Assembly (NCBI GenBank): GCA_031285185.1
Contig: JAITWS010000053.1
Location: forward strand, 26,519-90,518
DNA length: 64,000 bases
Origin: Methylobacillus sp.
GTDB taxonomy: Bacteria > Pseudomonadota > Gammaproteobacteria > Burkholderiales > Methylophilaceae
Direction: 5' to 3'
The notes beneath the pieces are model-generated. The model was not told the origin of the DNA and ran no database searches. It worked only from the letters and a program-made list of their open reading frames with translations. The position numbers and the translations under genes are program-made. Position 1 is the stretch's first letter. Every line of letters begins with the position of its first letter. This document shows, piece by piece, positions 31,316-43,683 of the stretch.

Positions 31316-32065
31316 ATGTCCGTAACCATGCGTCAAATGCTGGAAGCCGGGGTGCACTTCGGCCACCAAACCCGCTACTGGAATCCCCGTATGGCGCCGT
31401 TTATTTTCGGCGACCGCAACAAGATTCATATCGTCAATCTGGAAAAAACCCTGCCGATGTTCGAGGACGCGCTCAAGTATGTGCGCCAACTCGCGGCCAA
31501 CAAGGGGCGCATCCTGTTTGTCGGAACCAAGCGCCAGGCGCGCGAAATCATCAAGGAAGAAGCCGCGCGCGCGAGCTGCGCCTACGTCAACCACCGCTGG
31601 CTGGGCGGCATGTTGACCAACTTCAAGACGGTCAAGCAATCCATCAAGCGCCTCGCCGATTATCAGGCCATGATGGAAGACGGCAGCCTGGAACGTCTGG
31701 GCAAAAAAGAGGTTTTGGGCTACAAGCGCGAAATCGAAAAGCTTGAACGCTCCATCGGCGGCATCAAGGAAATGGGCGGTCTGCCCGACGCGATTTTCAT
31801 CGTTGACGTCGGCCACGAATCCGGCGCGGTGACGGAAGCGGGCAAACTCGGCATTCCCGTGATCGGCATTGTTGACACCAACAACTCCCCGGACGGCGTG
31901 ACCTATGTCGTGCCGGGCAACGACGACTCCAGCCGCGCGATCCGCTTGTACGCGCGCGGCATCGCAGACGCCGTTCTGGAAGGTCGCAGCCAATCGCTCA
32001 ACGAGATCCTCAAGGCGGGTGTCGAGGAAGAATTTGTCGAAGAGCCTGTCGCGGCGGAAGAATAG
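31316..32065 (+). CDS. rpsB: 30S ribosomal protein S2
   Basis: [37 protein letters not shown]. Confidence 0.98.
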   Translation: MSVTMRQMLEAGVHFGHQTRYWNPRMAPFIFGDRNKIHIVNLEKTLPMFEDALKYVRQLAANKGRILFVGTKRQAREIIKEEAARASCAYVNHRWLGGMLTNFKTVKQSIKRLADYQAMMEDGSLERLGKKEVLGYKREIEKLERSIGGIKEMGGLPDAIFIVDVGHESGAVTEAGKLGIPVIGIVDTNNSPDGVTYVVPGNDDSSRAIRLYARGIADAVLEGRSQSLNEILKAGVEEEFVEEPVAAEE

Positions 32066-32067
32066 CC

Positions 32068-32092
32068 AAAAGGGGCGCGCAGCCCCTTTTTT
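32068..32092 (+). terminator. Terminator/attenuator between rpsB and tsf
   Basis: AAAAGGGGC-GCGCA-GCCCCTTTTTT. Confidence 0.75.
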
Positions 32093-32127
32093 GTATTTGA
32101 AAGAATTTTAAGTTCAGGAGAAATAAA

Positions 32128-33042
32128 ATGGCGGAAATTACCGCAGGCATGGTGAAGGATTTGCGCGAGCGCACCGACGCCCCCATGATGGATTGCAAAA
32201 AAGCGCTGACCGAAGCCAACGGCGACATGACGCGCGCCGAGGAAATTCTGCGCGTGCGTTTCGGCAACAAGGCCACCAAAGCCGCAGGTCGCGTGGCGGC
32301 GGAAGGCACGGTCGGCATTTTCATCAGCGCCGATGCAAAACTGGGTTCCATGGTCGAAGTCAATTGCGAAACCGACTTCGTGGCCAAAAATGACGAATTT
32401 CTCGCGCTCACCAAAAATCTCGCGCACCTCGTCGCCAACCACAATCCGGCGGATGTCGCCGCGCTCTCCGCACTCAAGATCGGCGATGCCACGGCGGAAG
32501 AAGTGCGCGCGCAACTTGTCGGCAAAATAGGCGAAAACATGACGGTGCGCCGTTTCACGCGCATCGCGGCGCAAGGCAAGCTCGTGAGCTATGTGCACGG
32601 CGGCAAGATCGGCGTGCTGGTTGATCTCGTGGGCGGCGACACGACGCTGGGCAAGGATATCGCAATGCACATCGCCGCCGCCAAACCGAAGGCGCTGGAC
32701 ACTTCCGGCGTGGATGCCGCGTCCATTGATTCCGAGCGCCGCGTGGCGCTTGAAAAGGCGAAGGAAGCGGGCAAACCGGAAAACATGCTGGAAAAAATCG
32801 CCGAAGGTTCGGTGCAGAAATTCCTCAAGGAAGTCACGCTGCTCAATCAGGTGTTCGTCAAAGCCGAGGACGGCAAACAGACCATCGCGGAACTGCTGAA
32901 ATCCAAAGGCGCGAGCGTGGCCGGTTTCACGCTGTACATCGTGGGCGAAGGCATAGAGAAAAAAGTGACTGACTTCGCCGCCGAAGTCGCCGCCGCTTCC
33001 AAGGTGGATGGCGACAAAGACGACGATAAAAAAGGCAAATAA
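32128..33042 (+). CDS. tsf: Elongation factor Ts
   Basis: [45 protein letters not shown]. Confidence 0.97.
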   Translation: MAEITAGMVKDLRERTDAPMMDCKKALTEANGDMTRAEEILRVRFGNKATKAAGRVAAEGTVGIFISADAKLGSMVEVNCETDFVAKNDEFLALTKNLAHLVANHNPADVAALSALKIGDATAEEVRAQLVGKIGENMTVRRFTRIAAQGKLVSYVHGGKIGVLVDLVGGDTTLGKDIAMHIAAAKPKALDTSGVDAASIDSERRVALEKAKEAGKPENMLEKIAEGSVQKFLKEVTLLNQVFVKAEDGKQTIAELLKSKGASVAGFTLYIVGEGIEKKVTDFAAEVAAASKVDGDKDDDKKGK

Positions 33043-33046
33043 GCGC

Positions 33047-33763
33047 ATGTCCGCCCCCGCCTACAAACGCATTCTGCTTAAGCTGTCCGGCGAAGCCCTC
33101 ATGGGCGAGGACAGCTACGGCATCAACCGCGCCACCATAGAACGCATCGTGGCCGAGATCAAGGAAGTCGTTGATCTCGGTGTCGAAGTCGGCGTGGTGA
33201 TCGGCGGGGGCAACATTTTCCGCGGCGTCGCGCCCGCAGCCGCAGGCATGGATAGAGCCACGGCGGATTACATGGGCATGATGGCGACCGTGATGAACGC
33301 GCTGGCCTTGCAGGACGCGATGCGTCAGATCGGTCTTGTGAGCCGCGTGCAATCCGCGCTCACCATCGAGCAAGTGGCCGAGCCGTATATCCGCGGCAAG
33401 GCGATCCGCTATCTGGAAGAAGGCCGCGTGGTGATTTTCGGCGCGGGCACGGGCAATCCGTTTTTCACCACCGACACCGCCGCCGCATTGCGCGGCATGG
33501 AAATCAACGCCGACATCGTGTTGAAGGCGACCAAGGTGGACGGCGTTTACACCGACGACCCCAAAACGCACCCCGACGCGATGCGTTACAAAACGCTGAC
33601 TTTCGACGAGGCCATCATCAGGAATCTCAAGGTGATGGATGCGACCGCGCTGACGCTTTGCCGCGACCAGAAACTGCCGATCTGCGTGTTCAGCATTTTC
33701 AAGCAGGGCGCGTTGAAGCGCGTGGTGCTGGGCGAAGACGAAGGCACATCCGTGCTACCTTAG
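33047..33763 (+). CDS. pyrH: Uridylate kinase
   Basis: [41 protein letters not shown]. Confidence 0.97.
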   Translation: MSAPAYKRILLKLSGEALMGEDSYGINRATIERIVAEIKEVVDLGVEVGVVIGGGNIFRGVAPAAAGMDRATADYMGMMATVMNALALQDAMRQIGLVSRVQSALTIEQVAEPYIRGKAIRYLEEGRVVIFGAGTGNPFFTTDTAAALRGMEINADIVLKATKVDGVYTDDPKTHPDAMRYKTLTFDEAIIRNLKVMDATALTLCRDQKLPICVFSIFKQGALKRVVLGEDEGTSVLP

Positions 33764-33773
33764 GAGAACGACC

Positions 33774-34331
33774 ATGCTGAATGACATCAAAAAAACCGCC
33801 GAGCAAAAAATGCAGCGCGCGCTTGAGGCGCTCAAAAACGATCTGGCCAAGGTACGCACAGGCCGCGCTCATGCCGGCCTGCTCGATCATGTGATGGTCG
33901 AGTATTACGGCAGCATGGTTCCCATCACCCAGATCGGCAGCGTCAGCGCGAGCGACGCGCGCACGCTGACGGTGACCGCGTGGGAAAAACCCATGCTGGC
34001 CAAGATCGAAAAAGCGATCCGCGAATCCGACCTCGGTCTCAACCCCGCCAGCAGCGGCGACATGCTGCGCGTACCCATGCCCGCGCTCACCGAAGAACGC
34101 CGCCGCGACCTCATCAAAGTGGTCAAGGGCGAGGGCGAAAACGCCAAGGTATCCGTGCGTAACGTGCGCCGCGATGCCAACGACCAACTCAAAAAACTGC
34201 TCAAGGACAAGGACATCAGCGAGGATGACGAGCGCCGCGCGCAAGACGAAATCCAGAAGCTGACCGACCGTTATGTCACCGAAGTGGACAAGGCTTTGCA
34301 GGTCAAGGAAGCCGACCTGATGGCGATTTGA
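33774..34331 (+). CDS. frr: Ribosome recycling factor
   Basis: [31 protein letters not shown]. Confidence 0.97.
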   Translation: MLNDIKKTAEQKMQRALEALKNDLAKVRTGRAHAGLLDHVMVEYYGSMVPITQIGSVSASDARTLTVTAWEKPMLAKIEKAIRESDLGLNPASSGDMLRVPMPALTEERRRDLIKVVKGEGENAKVSVRNVRRDANDQLKKLLKDKDISEDDERRAQDEIQKLTDRYVTEVDKALQVKEADLMAI

Positions 34332-34379
34332 GCCGCTTCGTGTCAGACTGCGTTTCATCCTCCCGTTGAAAGGGCAGCC

Positions 34380-35135
34380 TTGGCTCTCTTCACCAGTTCC
34401 ACGCAAACCATTCCGGCATCATCGCCGGTTCCGCGCCATATCGCCATCATCATGGACGGCAATGGGCGATGGGCGAAAAAGCGTCTGCTGCCGCGCATGA
34501 TGGGACACAAGCGCGGTGTGGAAACCGTGCGTGATGTGGTCAAGCAATGCGTGGAACTCGGCGTGGAATATCTCACGCTGTTCGCCTTCAGCAGCGAAAA
34601 CTGGCGTCGCCCGCCCGACGAAGTGAAGTTTCTCATGAGCTTGTTCATGGAGGCGCTCAAGCGCGAAGTGGTCAAGCTGCACCAAAACCAGATTCGTCTC
34701 GTGATGATAGGCGACCGTTCGCGCTTCGACCCGCAACTGCTGGAAGCGATTGAGGAGGGCGAGCGGCTCACGCAAGACAACACGCGCCTCACGCTCACCA
34801 TCGCCGCCAACTACGGCGGGCGCTGGGACATACAACAAGCCCTGCAAAAAATGCTGGCCGCGCATCCCGCGCTAATCAACGGCTTCGACGAAAACGATCT
34901 TGCCGAACATCTTTCCATGCGCTACGCGCCGGAACCCGATCTTTTCATCCGCACCGGCGGCGAAAAACGCATCAGCAATTTTCTGCTGTGGCAACTCGCC
35001 TATACCGAACTCTATTTCACCGACACGCTCTGGCCGGATTTCGATCAGGACGCGTTCGCGCAAGCGATGCAGTCCTACCGCCAACGCGAACGCCGCTTCG
35101 GACGAACCAGCGAACAGGTGGGCGGAAATGCTTAA
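34380..35135 (+). CDS. uppS: Undecaprenyl diphosphate synthase
   Basis: [48 protein letters not shown]. Confidence 0.96.
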   Translation: MALFTSSTQTIPASSPVPRHIAIIMDGNGRWAKKRLLPRMMGHKRGVETVRDVVKQCVELGVEYLTLFAFSSENWRRPPDEVKFLMSLFMEALKREVVKLHQNQIRLVMIGDRSRFDPQLLEAIEEGERLTQDNTRLTLTIAANYGGRWDIQQALQKMLAAHPALINGFDENDLAEHLSMRYAPEPDLFIRTGGEKRISNFLLWQLAYTELYFTDTLWPDFDQDAFAQAMQSYRQRERRFGRTSEQVGGNA

Positions 35136-35970
35136 ACAGCGCGTGCTGACGGCGGTGGCGCTGCTCGCGGGTTTTCTCGCGGCGTTGTTTTATTTGCCGG
35201 AACCTTATTGGGCGCTGCTGATGCTGGGTGTGATTTGTCTGGCGGCGCTGGAGTGGGGCGCGTTGATAGGGTTGAAGCGATCTGGCGCATGGCTGCTCGT
35301 GGTCGTGGTTGGATTCGGAGTTGCGGCAATGATGTGGGATTTCCCGGAATTGGACAACGAACTGGACGACGGGATTCCACGCTGGCTGACCATGGGAATT
35401 TTTATTCTAAGCGCGGGAATTGGCATTTTCTGGATGGTCGCAGTGCCGCTTTGGCTGAAGTTGCGTTTCCGCATTGAAAACAAGTTTTTTCTCGCGATTG
35501 TCGGGCTGATGGTGCTGTTTCCGACTTGGATGGCAGCCTCCTTACTGCCCGCTACATGGAGTCCGTTTTTTCTACTTGCCGTGATGGCAATCGTGTGGAT
35601 TGCGGATATCGCGGCCTATTTCGTCGGCAAGCGTTTCGGGCGGCACAAACTGGCTCCGTCCATCAGCCCGGGAAAAACATGGGAGGGCGTCATCGGCGCG
35701 CTGTGCGCCGTTGCGTTGTATGGCGTGATTTTGTGCCTGACCCTGCATTTGAGTTTCTGGCTGATTCCGGGTTTTCTCGTGTTGACGATCATGAGTGTTG
35801 TGGGCGATTTGTTTGAGTCGCTGTTGAAGAGACAAGCCGGAATCAAGGATAGCGGCAATCTGTTACCCGGACATGGCGGAGTATTGGATCGTATTGACGG
35901 ATTGACTGCGGTTTTGCCGCTTTCGCTCTTCGTATTCCTTCCTGTTTATCACAGGCTGGACTTGTTATGA
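35128..35970 (+). CDS. cdsA: Phosphatidate cytidylyltransferase
   Basis: [59 protein letters not shown]. Confidence 0.95.
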   Translation: MLKQRVLTAVALLAGFLAALFYLPEPYWALLMLGVICLAALEWGALIGLKRSGAWLLVVVVGFGVAAMMWDFPELDNELDDGIPRWLTMGIFILSAGIGIFWMVAVPLWLKLRFRIENKFFLAIVGLMVLFPTWMAASLLPATWSPFFLLAVMAIVWIADIAAYFVGKRFGRHKLAPSISPGKTWEGVIGALCAVALYGVILCLTLHLSFWLIPGFLVLTIMSVVGDLFESLLKRQAGIKDSGNLLPGHGGVLDRIDGLTAVLPLSLFVFLPVYHRLDLL

Positions 35971-37157
35971 CCCGCCCCCAAAACATCACTATCCTCGGCT
36001 CCACCGGAACCATAGGCGTGAACACGCTGGATGTGATCGCTCGGCATCCGCAGCGTTATCGCGCTTACGCGCTGACCGCGCATTCCCGGACAGCGCCGTT
36101 GCTGGAGCAATGTCGCCGTTTCAAACCGGCTTATGCCGTGGTGGGCGACGAAGACGCTGCCGAAACACTGGCCAAACAACTCAAAAACGAGCATTCGGAA
36201 ACACAGGTTTTGTGCGGCGCGGAGGCATTGGAAAAAGTGGTCGCGCTGCCCGAGGTGGATGCGGTCATGGCGGCGATTGTCGGCGCGGCGGGTTTGCGTC
36301 CCGCGCTCGCGGCGGCGCGCGCGGGCAAGCGCGTGTTGCTCGCCAACAAGGAAACGCTGGTGATGTCGGGCAAATTGTTCATGGATGCCGTGCGTCAGAA
36401 CGGCGCGACCCTGCTGCCCATAGACAGCGAGCACAACGCGATTTTTCAGGTGATGCCGCGCGACATCGGGCGCGGTTTGGAACATGCCGGAGTCAGCAGG
36501 ATATTGCTCACCGCGTCGGGCGGGCCGTTTCGCACATGCGCGGCGGACGAACTCGCGCGCGTCACGCCCGCGCAGGCGCTCAATCATCCCAACTGGGTGA
36601 TGGGGCCGAAAATCACGATAGATTCCGCGACCCTGATGAACAAGGGGCTGGAAGTCATCGAGGCGCATTGGCTGTTTGATGCCGCGCCGGAGCAGATCGA
36701 GGTGGTGATCCATCCGCAAAGCGTGATTCATTCCATGGTGGAATACATAGACGGTTCGGTGCTCGCGCAACTCGGCAACCCGGATATGCGGACGCCGATT
36801 GCCTACGCGCTGGCGTGGCCGGAACGCATTCCGAGCGGCGTGGGTTCGCTCGATCTGTTCAGGATCGCGCGGCTTGATTTTGAAGCGCCGGATACGCAGC
36901 GCTTCCCCTGTCTGCGTCTTGCGTTTGAGGCGCTGCGGCGTGGCGGAACCGCGCCTGCGATTTTGAATGCCGCCAATGAAATCGCGGTGCAGGCGTTTCT
37001 CGGCAATCGCATCGGCTTCACGGATATTCCGCGCTTGATCGAGGCAACCTTGTCCGCGACGACCGTCACCGAAGCGGCGAATCTGGAAGAGCTGGTTGCC
37101 GTGGATCGCGCCGCGCGGCGCGTGGCGGAAAACTGGGTGGAGGCCAAAGCCGCATGA
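35967..37157 (+). CDS. dxr: 1-deoxy-D-xylulose 5-phosphate reductoisomerase
   Basis: [51 protein letters not shown]. Confidence 0.97.
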   Translation: MTRPQNITILGSTGTIGVNTLDVIARHPQRYRAYALTAHSRTAPLLEQCRRFKPAYAVVGDEDAAETLAKQLKNEHSETQVLCGAEALEKVVALPEVDAVMAAIVGAAGLRPALAAARAGKRVLLANKETLVMSGKLFMDAVRQNGATLLPIDSEHNAIFQVMPRDIGRGLEHAGVSRILLTASGGPFRTCAADELARVTPAQALNHPNWVMGPKITIDSATLMNKGLEVIEAHWLFDAAPEQIEVVIHPQSVIHSMVEYIDGSVLAQLGNPDMRTPIAYALAWPERIPSGVGSLDLFRIARLDFEAPDTQRFPCLRLAFEALRRGGTAPAILNAANEIAVQAFLGNRIGFTDIPRLIEATLSATTVTEAANLEELVAVDRAARRVAENWVEAKAA

Positions 37158-38521
37158 CAACCGTGCTCGCATTTCTGGTCACGCTGGGCGTGCTCATCAC
37201 CATCCACGAATACGGCCATTACCGCATGGCGCGGCTGTGCGGCGTGAAAGTGCTGCAATTTTCCATCGGCTTTGGTCGCGCGCTTTACAAGCGCAAAGTC
37301 GGCAGGGACGGCACGGAATTTATTTTGGCGGCGTTTCCGCTCGGCGGCTATGTGCGTATGCTGGACGAGCGCGAAGCGCCGGTGGCGGAACATGAGTTGC
37401 ATCGCGCGTTCAACCGTCAGGCGATCTGGAAGCGCATGTTGGTCGTGCTCGCGGGGCCGGTTGCCAACTTGCTGCTTGCGGTGGCGCTTTACTGGCTGTT
37501 GTTCATGACGGGCGTGATCGGCCTAAAACCCGTGTTGGGCGAGATCGCGCCCAATACGGCAGCGGCGCAAGCCGGGTTGGTGGCGGGCGAAACCGTGCGC
37601 GCTGTCGGCGGCGAGCCGGTCAGTTCCTGGACGGATGTGCGCTGGGCAATTCTGCGCTTGTCGCTCAAGGGCAAGACGGTGGAAATCGCAACGGACGGCG
37701 GCAAGCACGCGCTGGATATTTCCGCATTGCTGCGCGACGATCCGACGCGCGATTTGCTCGATCAACTGGGTTTGCAACAGTATTTTCCCGTGATGCCTGC
37801 CACCGTCGGCGAGGTGGTTGCGGGCAGCCCCGCTGACAAGAGCGGGATGAAATCGGGCGACAAAATCACGGCGATCAACGATGCCGCGATTGCGGAATGG
37901 GCGCGATTTGTCGAGATCGTGCGCGCTCATCCCGGCCAGCTGCTGATTATCAAGGTCGAGCGTGGCAGGGAAATCCTCGCGTTGGCGATCACCCCGGATT
38001 CCGTTCGGGAAGGCGACAAAACCGTGGGACGCATCGGCGCGGCGGCGGAAGACATGACGCCGGACAAGGCCGAAAAACTGCTGGCCGCGCAGGGGCTTTT
38101 GGTCAAAACCCGCTACGCGCCCGTTCCCGCGCTCGCGCACGCGCTGGATAAAAGCTGGGAAACAACGATTTTCAGCCTGAAAATGATGGGGCGCATGGTG
38201 ACGGGCGCGGCTTCATGGAAGGGCATAGGCGGGCCGATTACGATCGCGGATATTGCCGGGCAAAGCGCGCGCGCCGGGTGGAAGGCGTTTCTGGGCATGT
38301 TGGCGTTCATCAGCCTCAGTCTTGGAATCTTGAATCTGCTGCCCATCCCGGTTTTGGATGGCGGCCATTTGATGTATTATATGATCGAATTTTTGAAGGG
38401 CAGTCCGGTTTCGGAACGCGCCATGGAACTCGGACAGAAAACAGGACTGGCGTTGTTGGGTTTGCTGATGGCATTTGCCCTGTTCAACGATATCAACCGA
38501 CTCATCACAGGCTTCCACTAA
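37154..38521 (+). CDS. rseP: Intramembrane Zn metalloprotease RseP
   Basis: IHEYGH, FSIGFG, PLGGYV, two PDZ domains, [12 protein letters not shown]. Confidence 0.96.
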   Translation: MTTVLAFLVTLGVLITIHEYGHYRMARLCGVKVLQFSIGFGRALYKRKVGRDGTEFILAAFPLGGYVRMLDEREAPVAEHELHRAFNRQAIWKRMLVVLAGPVANLLLAVALYWLLFMTGVIGLKPVLGEIAPNTAAAQAGLVAGETVRAVGGEPVSSWTDVRWAILRLSLKGKTVEIATDGGKHALDISALLRDDPTRDLLDQLGLQQYFPVMPATVGEVVAGSPADKSGMKSGDKITAINDAAIAEWARFVEIVRAHPGQLLIIKVERGREILALAITPDSVREGDKTVGRIGAAAEDMTPDKAEKLLAAQGLLVKTRYAPVPALAHALDKSWETTIFSLKMMGRMVTGAASWKGIGGPITIADIAGQSARAGWKAFLGMLAFISLSLGILNLLPIPVLDGGHLMYYMIEFLKGSPVSERAMELGQKTGLALLGLLMAFALFNDINRLITGFH

Positions 38522-40851
38522 TGAAGATCAAACTCCTCCGCATCTTGTTGCCGATACTCGGACTGTATGCGGTATGCGCGCAGGCGATGGAGCCGTTCGT
38601 CGTCAAGGATATCCGCGTTGAAGGCATACAGCGCACCGAACCCGGCACGGTATTCAACTATCTGCCGGTCAAGGTGGGCGAAACCATGACCGACCAGCGC
38701 GCGGCGCAGGCGATCAAGGCTTTGTACGCCACCGGATTTTTCAAGGATGTGCGGCTGGAACAGGAAGGCGACGTGCTCGTGGTGACGGTGCAGGAGCGTC
38801 CCGCGATCGCGCAGATTGATTTCAGCGGCAACAAATCCTTCCCCAGCGACAAGATGAAGGAAGGGTTGAAACAGATCGGCCTCGCCGAAGGCATGATTTT
38901 CGACCGTTCCATGCTGGACAAGGCCGAGCAGGAGATCAAGCGGCAATATCTCAGCCAGGGCAAATACGGCGCGACCGTGAAAACCGTTGTCAATCCGCTT
39001 GAACGCAACCGCGTTTCGGTGCGTTTCGAGATTGAGGAGGGCGCGGTTTCCAAAATACGCAACATCAACATCGTCGGCAATCAGGTGTTCGACGACAAAA
39101 CCCTGCTTGAGGAATTCAAGCTGACCACGCCCAACTGGATGAGCTGGTGGACCAAGGACGATCAGTATTCCAAACAGGCGCTGACCGCCGATCTGGAGGC
39201 GCTGCGCTCGTTTTACATGGATCAGGGCTATCTCGAATTCAACATCGAATCCACGCAGGTTTCGATCACGCCGGACAAGCGTGACATCTACATCACGATC
39301 AACGTCAGCGAAGGCGAAAAATACACGGTCACGGATGTCAAAATGGCCGGTGAGACGCTGGTTCCCGAGGACGAGCTGCGCCAGTTGATTACTGTGAAGC
39401 CGGGCGAGATATTCAGCCGCGCGAAGCTGACCGAAAGCAGCAAGGCCATGGGCGATCGGCTCGGCAACGACGGCTACGCCTTCGCCAATGTGAACGCCGT
39501 GCCGGAAGTGGACAAGGAAAAACACACGGTCGCGTTTACCTTTTTTGTTGATCCGGGTCGGCGCGTTTATGTGCGCCGCATCAACCTGACCGGCAACACG
39601 CGCACGCGTGACGAAGTGCTGCGCCGCGAAATGCGTCAGATGGAAGCGGGCTGGTACGCGGCGGACAAGATCAATCGTTCCAAGGAACGTCTGGATCGCC
39701 TCAATTATTTCGATACGGTCAACGTCGAAACCCCGGCGGTTCCCGGCACGGCGGATCAGGTGGATGTGAACATAGACGTGACCGAAAAATCCACCGGCAG
39801 CATCATGTTCGGCGCGGGTCTGTCGAGTTCGGAAGGCGTGGTGCTCAGTGTCACCGTGAGCCAGGCCAACTTCCTCGGAACCGGCAACAGCGTGGTCGCG
39901 CAAGTGAACACCGGCAAGGTGAACACCACTTATTCGCTGTCCTACACCGACCCGTATTTCACCACCGACGGCATCAGCCGCGGCTTCAATATTTACCGTC
40001 GCGACATGAACGCGAGTTCGCTCAGCATCGGCAATTACGACACCTCCGCGTATGGCGTGGGCGTGAATTTCGGCATCCCGCTCAACGAACGCGACACGTT
40101 CAGCACCGGGCTTACGCTGGATTACACCAGCATCGGCCTCAGCGCCAACAGCCCGGATCGCTACAAAAAATACTGCGGCAACGATTCCGGTTGCAGCAAC
40201 GCGACCCTGCAACTGAACGCGGGCTGGGCGCACGACACGCGCGACAACATCCAGTTTCCGAACAGGGGCGTGCTGCAACGCTTGACGGGCGAAGTCGGTC
40301 TGCCGGGGCTGGATCAGCAATACTACAAACTCGACTACCAGCACACCTGGTACAAGGACTTCACCAAGAGCATGACGCTAATGCTGAATGGCGACGCGGG
40401 CTATGCCAACACTTATGGCGGCAAGGAATATCCGTTCTTCAAGAATTTCTACGCGGGCGGCGTGACCTCGGTGCGCGGCTTCAAAACCAGTTCGCTGGGG
40501 CCGCATGACATTGATTCGGTCACAGGCGACAACTACGCGGTGGGCGGAACCAAACGCGTGCTCGCCAATGCCGAATTGTTCTTCCCGGTTCCCTTCATCA
40601 AGGATTCCCACCAGTTCCGTCTGAGCACCTTCCTTGACGCGGGCACGGTCTGGGGCGCGAGCGGAACCACGGCTTCGAACATTCCGGGAGCCTGTTCCGG
40701 CGCGAGCGATTGTCTGCGTTATTCCACTGGGGTCGGCGTAAGCTGGTATTCGCCCTTCGGCCCGATCAAGCTCGTGCTGGCCAAGCCGCTGAACGCGAAA
40801 ACGGGGGATGATACGGAAGTGTTGCAGTTCCAGCTGGGTTCGCAATTTTAA
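38521..40851 (+). CDS. bamA: Outer membrane protein assembly factor BamA
   Basis: Signal peptide, POTRA repeats, GNTRTRDEVLRRE, VRGF loop motif, C-terminal FQLGSQF. Confidence 0.97.
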   Translation: MKIKLLRILLPILGLYAVCAQAMEPFVVKDIRVEGIQRTEPGTVFNYLPVKVGETMTDQRAAQAIKALYATGFFKDVRLEQEGDVLVVTVQERPAIAQIDFSGNKSFPSDKMKEGLKQIGLAEGMIFDRSMLDKAEQEIKRQYLSQGKYGATVKTVVNPLERNRVSVRFEIEEGAVSKIRNINIVGNQVFDDKTLLEEFKLTTPNWMSWWTKDDQYSKQALTADLEALRSFYMDQGYLEFNIESTQVSITPDKRDIYITINVSEGEKYTVTDVKMAGETLVPEDELRQLITVKPGEIFSRAKLTESSKAMGDRLGNDGYAFANVNAVPEVDKEKHTVAFTFFVDPGRRVYVRRINLTGNTRTRDEVLRREMRQMEAGWYAADKINRSKERLDRLNYFDTVNVETPAVPGTADQVDVNIDVTEKSTGSIMFGAGLSSSEGVVLSVTVSQANFLGTGNSVVAQVNTGKVNTTYSLSYTDPYFTTDGISRGFNIYRRDMNASSLSIGNYDTSAYGVGVNFGIPLNERDTFSTGLTLDYTSIGLSANSPDRYKKYCGNDSGCSNATLQLNAGWAHDTRDNIQFPNRGVLQRLTGEVGLPGLDQQYYKLDYQHTWYKDFTKSMTLMLNGDAGYANTYGGKEYPFFKNFYAGGVTSVRGFKTSSLGPHDIDSVTGDNYAVGGTKRVLANAELFFPVPFIKDSHQFRLSTFLDAGTVWGASGTTASNIPGACSGASDCLRYSTGVGVSWYSPFGPIKLVLAKPLNAKTGDDTEVLQFQLGSQF

Positions 40852-40895
40852 TGTTTCATGTTGAGATGTCAGAGTTCAAAATCAGGAGAAATCAA

Positions 40896-41408
40896 TTGAA
40901 TAGACTGTTGAAATTTTTGTTGGCAAGTTGTTTTTCGTTGGCCGCGATCACCGCGAGCGCGGCACCCGGTGCCGATCTGAAGGTGGGCTATGTGCAGGTG
41001 GACAAGATTTTGCAGGAAGCCCCGCAAACCGCCGAGAGCGGCAAAAAGCTGGAAGCCGAATTCAAGCCGCGCACGCAGGAACTGGAGCGTATGCAAAAGC
41101 AAATCCAGGATCAGCAAGCCGCGCTGGACAAGGACGGGCTGACCCTGTCCGAAACCGACCGCCGCAACCGCGAGCGCGACATTGCCAACACCAATCTGGA
41201 ATTCCAGCGCAAGCAGCGCGAGCTGCGCGAGGACATCAACCTTCGCAAGAACGAGGAACTTTCCTCCTTGCAGGATCGCATCAACAAAGCGGTCACCACC
41301 GTGGCGGAGAGCGAAGGTTACGATCTGGTGGTCTATGGCGGCGTTGCCTACGCCAGCAAGAAAGTGGACATCACCGACAAGGTGTTGAAGTCGCTCGGCA
41401 AGAAATAA
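40896..41408 (+). CDS. skp: Periplasmic chaperone Skp/OmpH
   Basis: AGGAG RBS then TTG start; KVGYVQ, coiled coil, VDITDKV. Confidence 0.93.
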   Translation: MNRLLKFLLASCFSLAAITASAAPGADLKVGYVQVDKILQEAPQTAESGKKLEAEFKPRTQELERMQKQIQDQQAALDKDGLTLSETDRRNRERDIANTNLEFQRKQRELREDINLRKNEELSSLQDRINKAVTTVAESEGYDLVVYGGVAYASKKVDITDKVLKSLGKK

Positions 41409-41423
41409 ACTGTCACCACGGCC

Positions 41424-42458
41424 ATGCGTGTCAGCTATTCCCTGCGTGAAATCGCGGAACGGCTTGGAGGGGAAGTTCGGGGCGACGGCGATGTGGCCGT
41501 TTCCCGCATGGCTTCGCTTGCGAACGCCCGACCGGGCGATCTGAGTTTTCTCGCGGATTCGAAATACCGCGCGCTGCTGGAAACCACGCGCGCCTCCGCC
41601 GTCATCGTCGGTGCGGAGGCCGAAACCCGGCTGCCGCGCATCGTGACCGACAATCCGTATGCTTATTTCGCGCGGGTTTCGACGCTGCTTAATCCTGTGG
41701 CAACGGCAGTTGCCGGAGTGCATCCAAGCGCGGTGATTGCCGATTCCGCCGTGGTGGCGAAATCAGCGGCCATAGACGCGCATGTTGTCATCGGCCACGG
41801 CGCGCGCATCGGCGAACACGCCGTCATAGGCGCGGGTTCGGTGATCGGCGACGGCGTGGTCATCGGCGACAACACCGCGTTGCACGCCAATGTCACGGTG
41901 TATCACGATTGCGAAATCGGCGCGGAGTGCGTATTGAGTTCCGGCGTGGTGATCGGCGCGGACGGTTTCGGTTACGCGCAAGACGACGGGCGCTGGGTCA
42001 AGATTCCGCAAGTGGGGCGGGTCGTCATCGGCGACCGGGTGGAGATCGGCGCGCACACCGCCATAGATCGCGGCGCGCTGGACGACACCGTGATCGAGGA
42101 GGGCGTCAAGCTGGATAACCTCATACAAATCGCCCACAATTGCAGGATAGGCGCGCATACCGTGGTCGCGGCCTGCGCGGGCATCGCGGGCAGCACGCGC
42201 ATCGGGCGGCATTGTCGCATCGGCGGCGCGGCGCTGATCGTGGGACATATCGAAATCGCGGACGGGGTGACGGTCACGCCCGGAAGTCTGATTTCCCGTT
42301 CGCTCGACAAAGCGGACACATACACGGCGCTGATGCCGTTTCAGCCGCACGCCAAATGGCTGAAAACGGCGGCGCATCTTCGTCGTCTTGGCGAGCTGGC
42401 CGATCGTGTCGCCCGGCTCGAAAATGAGATTGAGACCTTGAAAAAGGAAAAGCAATGA
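41424..42458 (+). CDS. lpxD: UDP-3-O-acylglucosamine N-acyltransferase
   Basis: Hexapeptide repeats, [28 protein letters not shown]. Confidence 0.96.
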   Translation: MRVSYSLREIAERLGGEVRGDGDVAVSRMASLANARPGDLSFLADSKYRALLETTRASAVIVGAEAETRLPRIVTDNPYAYFARVSTLLNPVATAVAGVHPSAVIADSAVVAKSAAIDAHVVIGHGARIGEHAVIGAGSVIGDGVVIGDNTALHANVTVYHDCEIGAECVLSSGVVIGADGFGYAQDDGRWVKIPQVGRVVIGDRVEIGAHTAIDRGALDDTVIEEGVKLDNLIQIAHNCRIGAHTVVAACAGIAGSTRIGRHCRIGGAALIVGHIEIADGVTVTPGSLISRSLDKADTYTALMPFQPHAKWLKTAAHLRRLGELADRVARLENEIETLKKEKQ

Positions 42459-42907
42459 ACAACATCAGCATGGATATCAACGAGATTCTCGAATACCTGC
42501 CGCATCGCCATCCGTTTCTGTTGCTGGATCGCGTGGTCGCGCTCAAGGTGGAAAAGGAAATCGTCGCGATCAAAAACGTCACGATCAACGAACCGTTTTT
42601 CCCCGGCCATTTTCCGCATTATCCGGTGATGCCCGGCGTGCTGATCGTGGAGGCGATGGCGCAGGCGGCGGCGATTTTGTCGTTCAAAACCATGGGTCTC
42701 AAACCCTCCGACGATTCGGTCTATTATTTCGCGGGCATAGACAGCGCGCGCTTCAAAAAACCAGTGTTCCCCGGCGACCAGTTGACGCTCAAGGTCAGGA
42801 TGGAACGCGTCATGCGCGGCATCGGAAAATACTCCGGACAGGCGCTGGTGAACGGCGAAATCGTCGCGGAAGCGCAACTGCTTTGCACGCTGAAAGTCAT
42901 CAAGTGA
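42455..42907 (+). CDS. fabZ: 3-hydroxyacyl-ACP dehydratase
   Basis: [31 protein letters not shown]. Confidence 0.97.
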   Translation: MNNISMDINEILEYLPHRHPFLLLDRVVALKVEKEIVAIKNVTINEPFFPGHFPHYPVMPGVLIVEAMAQAAAILSFKTMGLKPSDDSVYYFAGIDSARFKKPVFPGDQLTLKVRMERVMRGIGKYSGQALVNGEIVAEAQLLCTLKVIK

Positions 42908-43677
42908 TCCATCCAAGCGCGATTGTTGATCCCAAGGCCGAAGTCGCCGCAGATGTGGAAATCGGCGCGTTTTCCGTCATAGGCGCGGGCGTCCGCATCG
43001 GCGGCGGCACACGCATCGGCCATCATGTCGTGCTTCAGGGCGACACCACGATAGGCCGCGACAATCGCATCTTCCATTTCTGCTCGCTCGGCGAAGAACC
43101 GCAGGACAAAAAATATCGCGGCGAGCCGACCACGCTGGAAATCGGCAACGGCAACACCATACGCGAATACTGCACATTCAGCCGCGGCACGGTGCAGGAC
43201 GGCGGCGTGACCCGCATCGGCGACGACAACTGGATCATGGCCTATTCGCACATCGCCCACGATTGTCTGGTCGGCAGCCACACCATACTCGCCAACAGCT
43301 CATCACTCGCGGGGCATGTGGTTGTGCACGATTACGTTGTGCTTGGCGGTTTCACGCTGGTACATCAATTCTGCAAAATCGGCGCGCATGTGATGACGGC
43401 GGGCGGAACCGTGCTGTTCAAGGATGTCCCACCCTATGTGACCGTGGGCGGCGGCGTTCACGCCGAGCCGCACGGCATCAACGCGGAAGGTCTCAAGCGG
43501 CGCGGCTTTTCGCCCGAAGTGATCGCGGAAATCAAACATGCCTACAAGACGCTCTACCGATCGGGGTTGACGCTGGAAGAAGCCAAAGTCGCGCTGGCCG
43601 GACAACGCGCAAGCTGTCCTGAAATCGGCCTGCTCCTCGATTTTCTCGACACCTCCACACGCGGCATCGTCCGCTGA
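42904..43677 (+). CDS. lpxA: UDP-GlcNAc O-acyltransferase
   Basis: [34 protein letters not shown]. Confidence 0.96.
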   Translation: MIHPSAIVDPKAEVAADVEIGAFSVIGAGVRIGGGTRIGHHVVLQGDTTIGRDNRIFHFCSLGEEPQDKKYRGEPTTLEIGNGNTIREYCTFSRGTVQDGGVTRIGDDNWIMAYSHIAHDCLVGSHTILANSSSLAGHVVVHDYVVLGGFTLVHQFCKIGAHVMTAGGTVLFKDVPPYVTVGGGVHAEPHGINAEGLKRRGFSPEVIAEIKHAYKTLYRSGLTLEEAKVALAGQRASCPEIGLLLDFLDTSTRGIVR

Positions 43678-43683
43678 TTCCGC

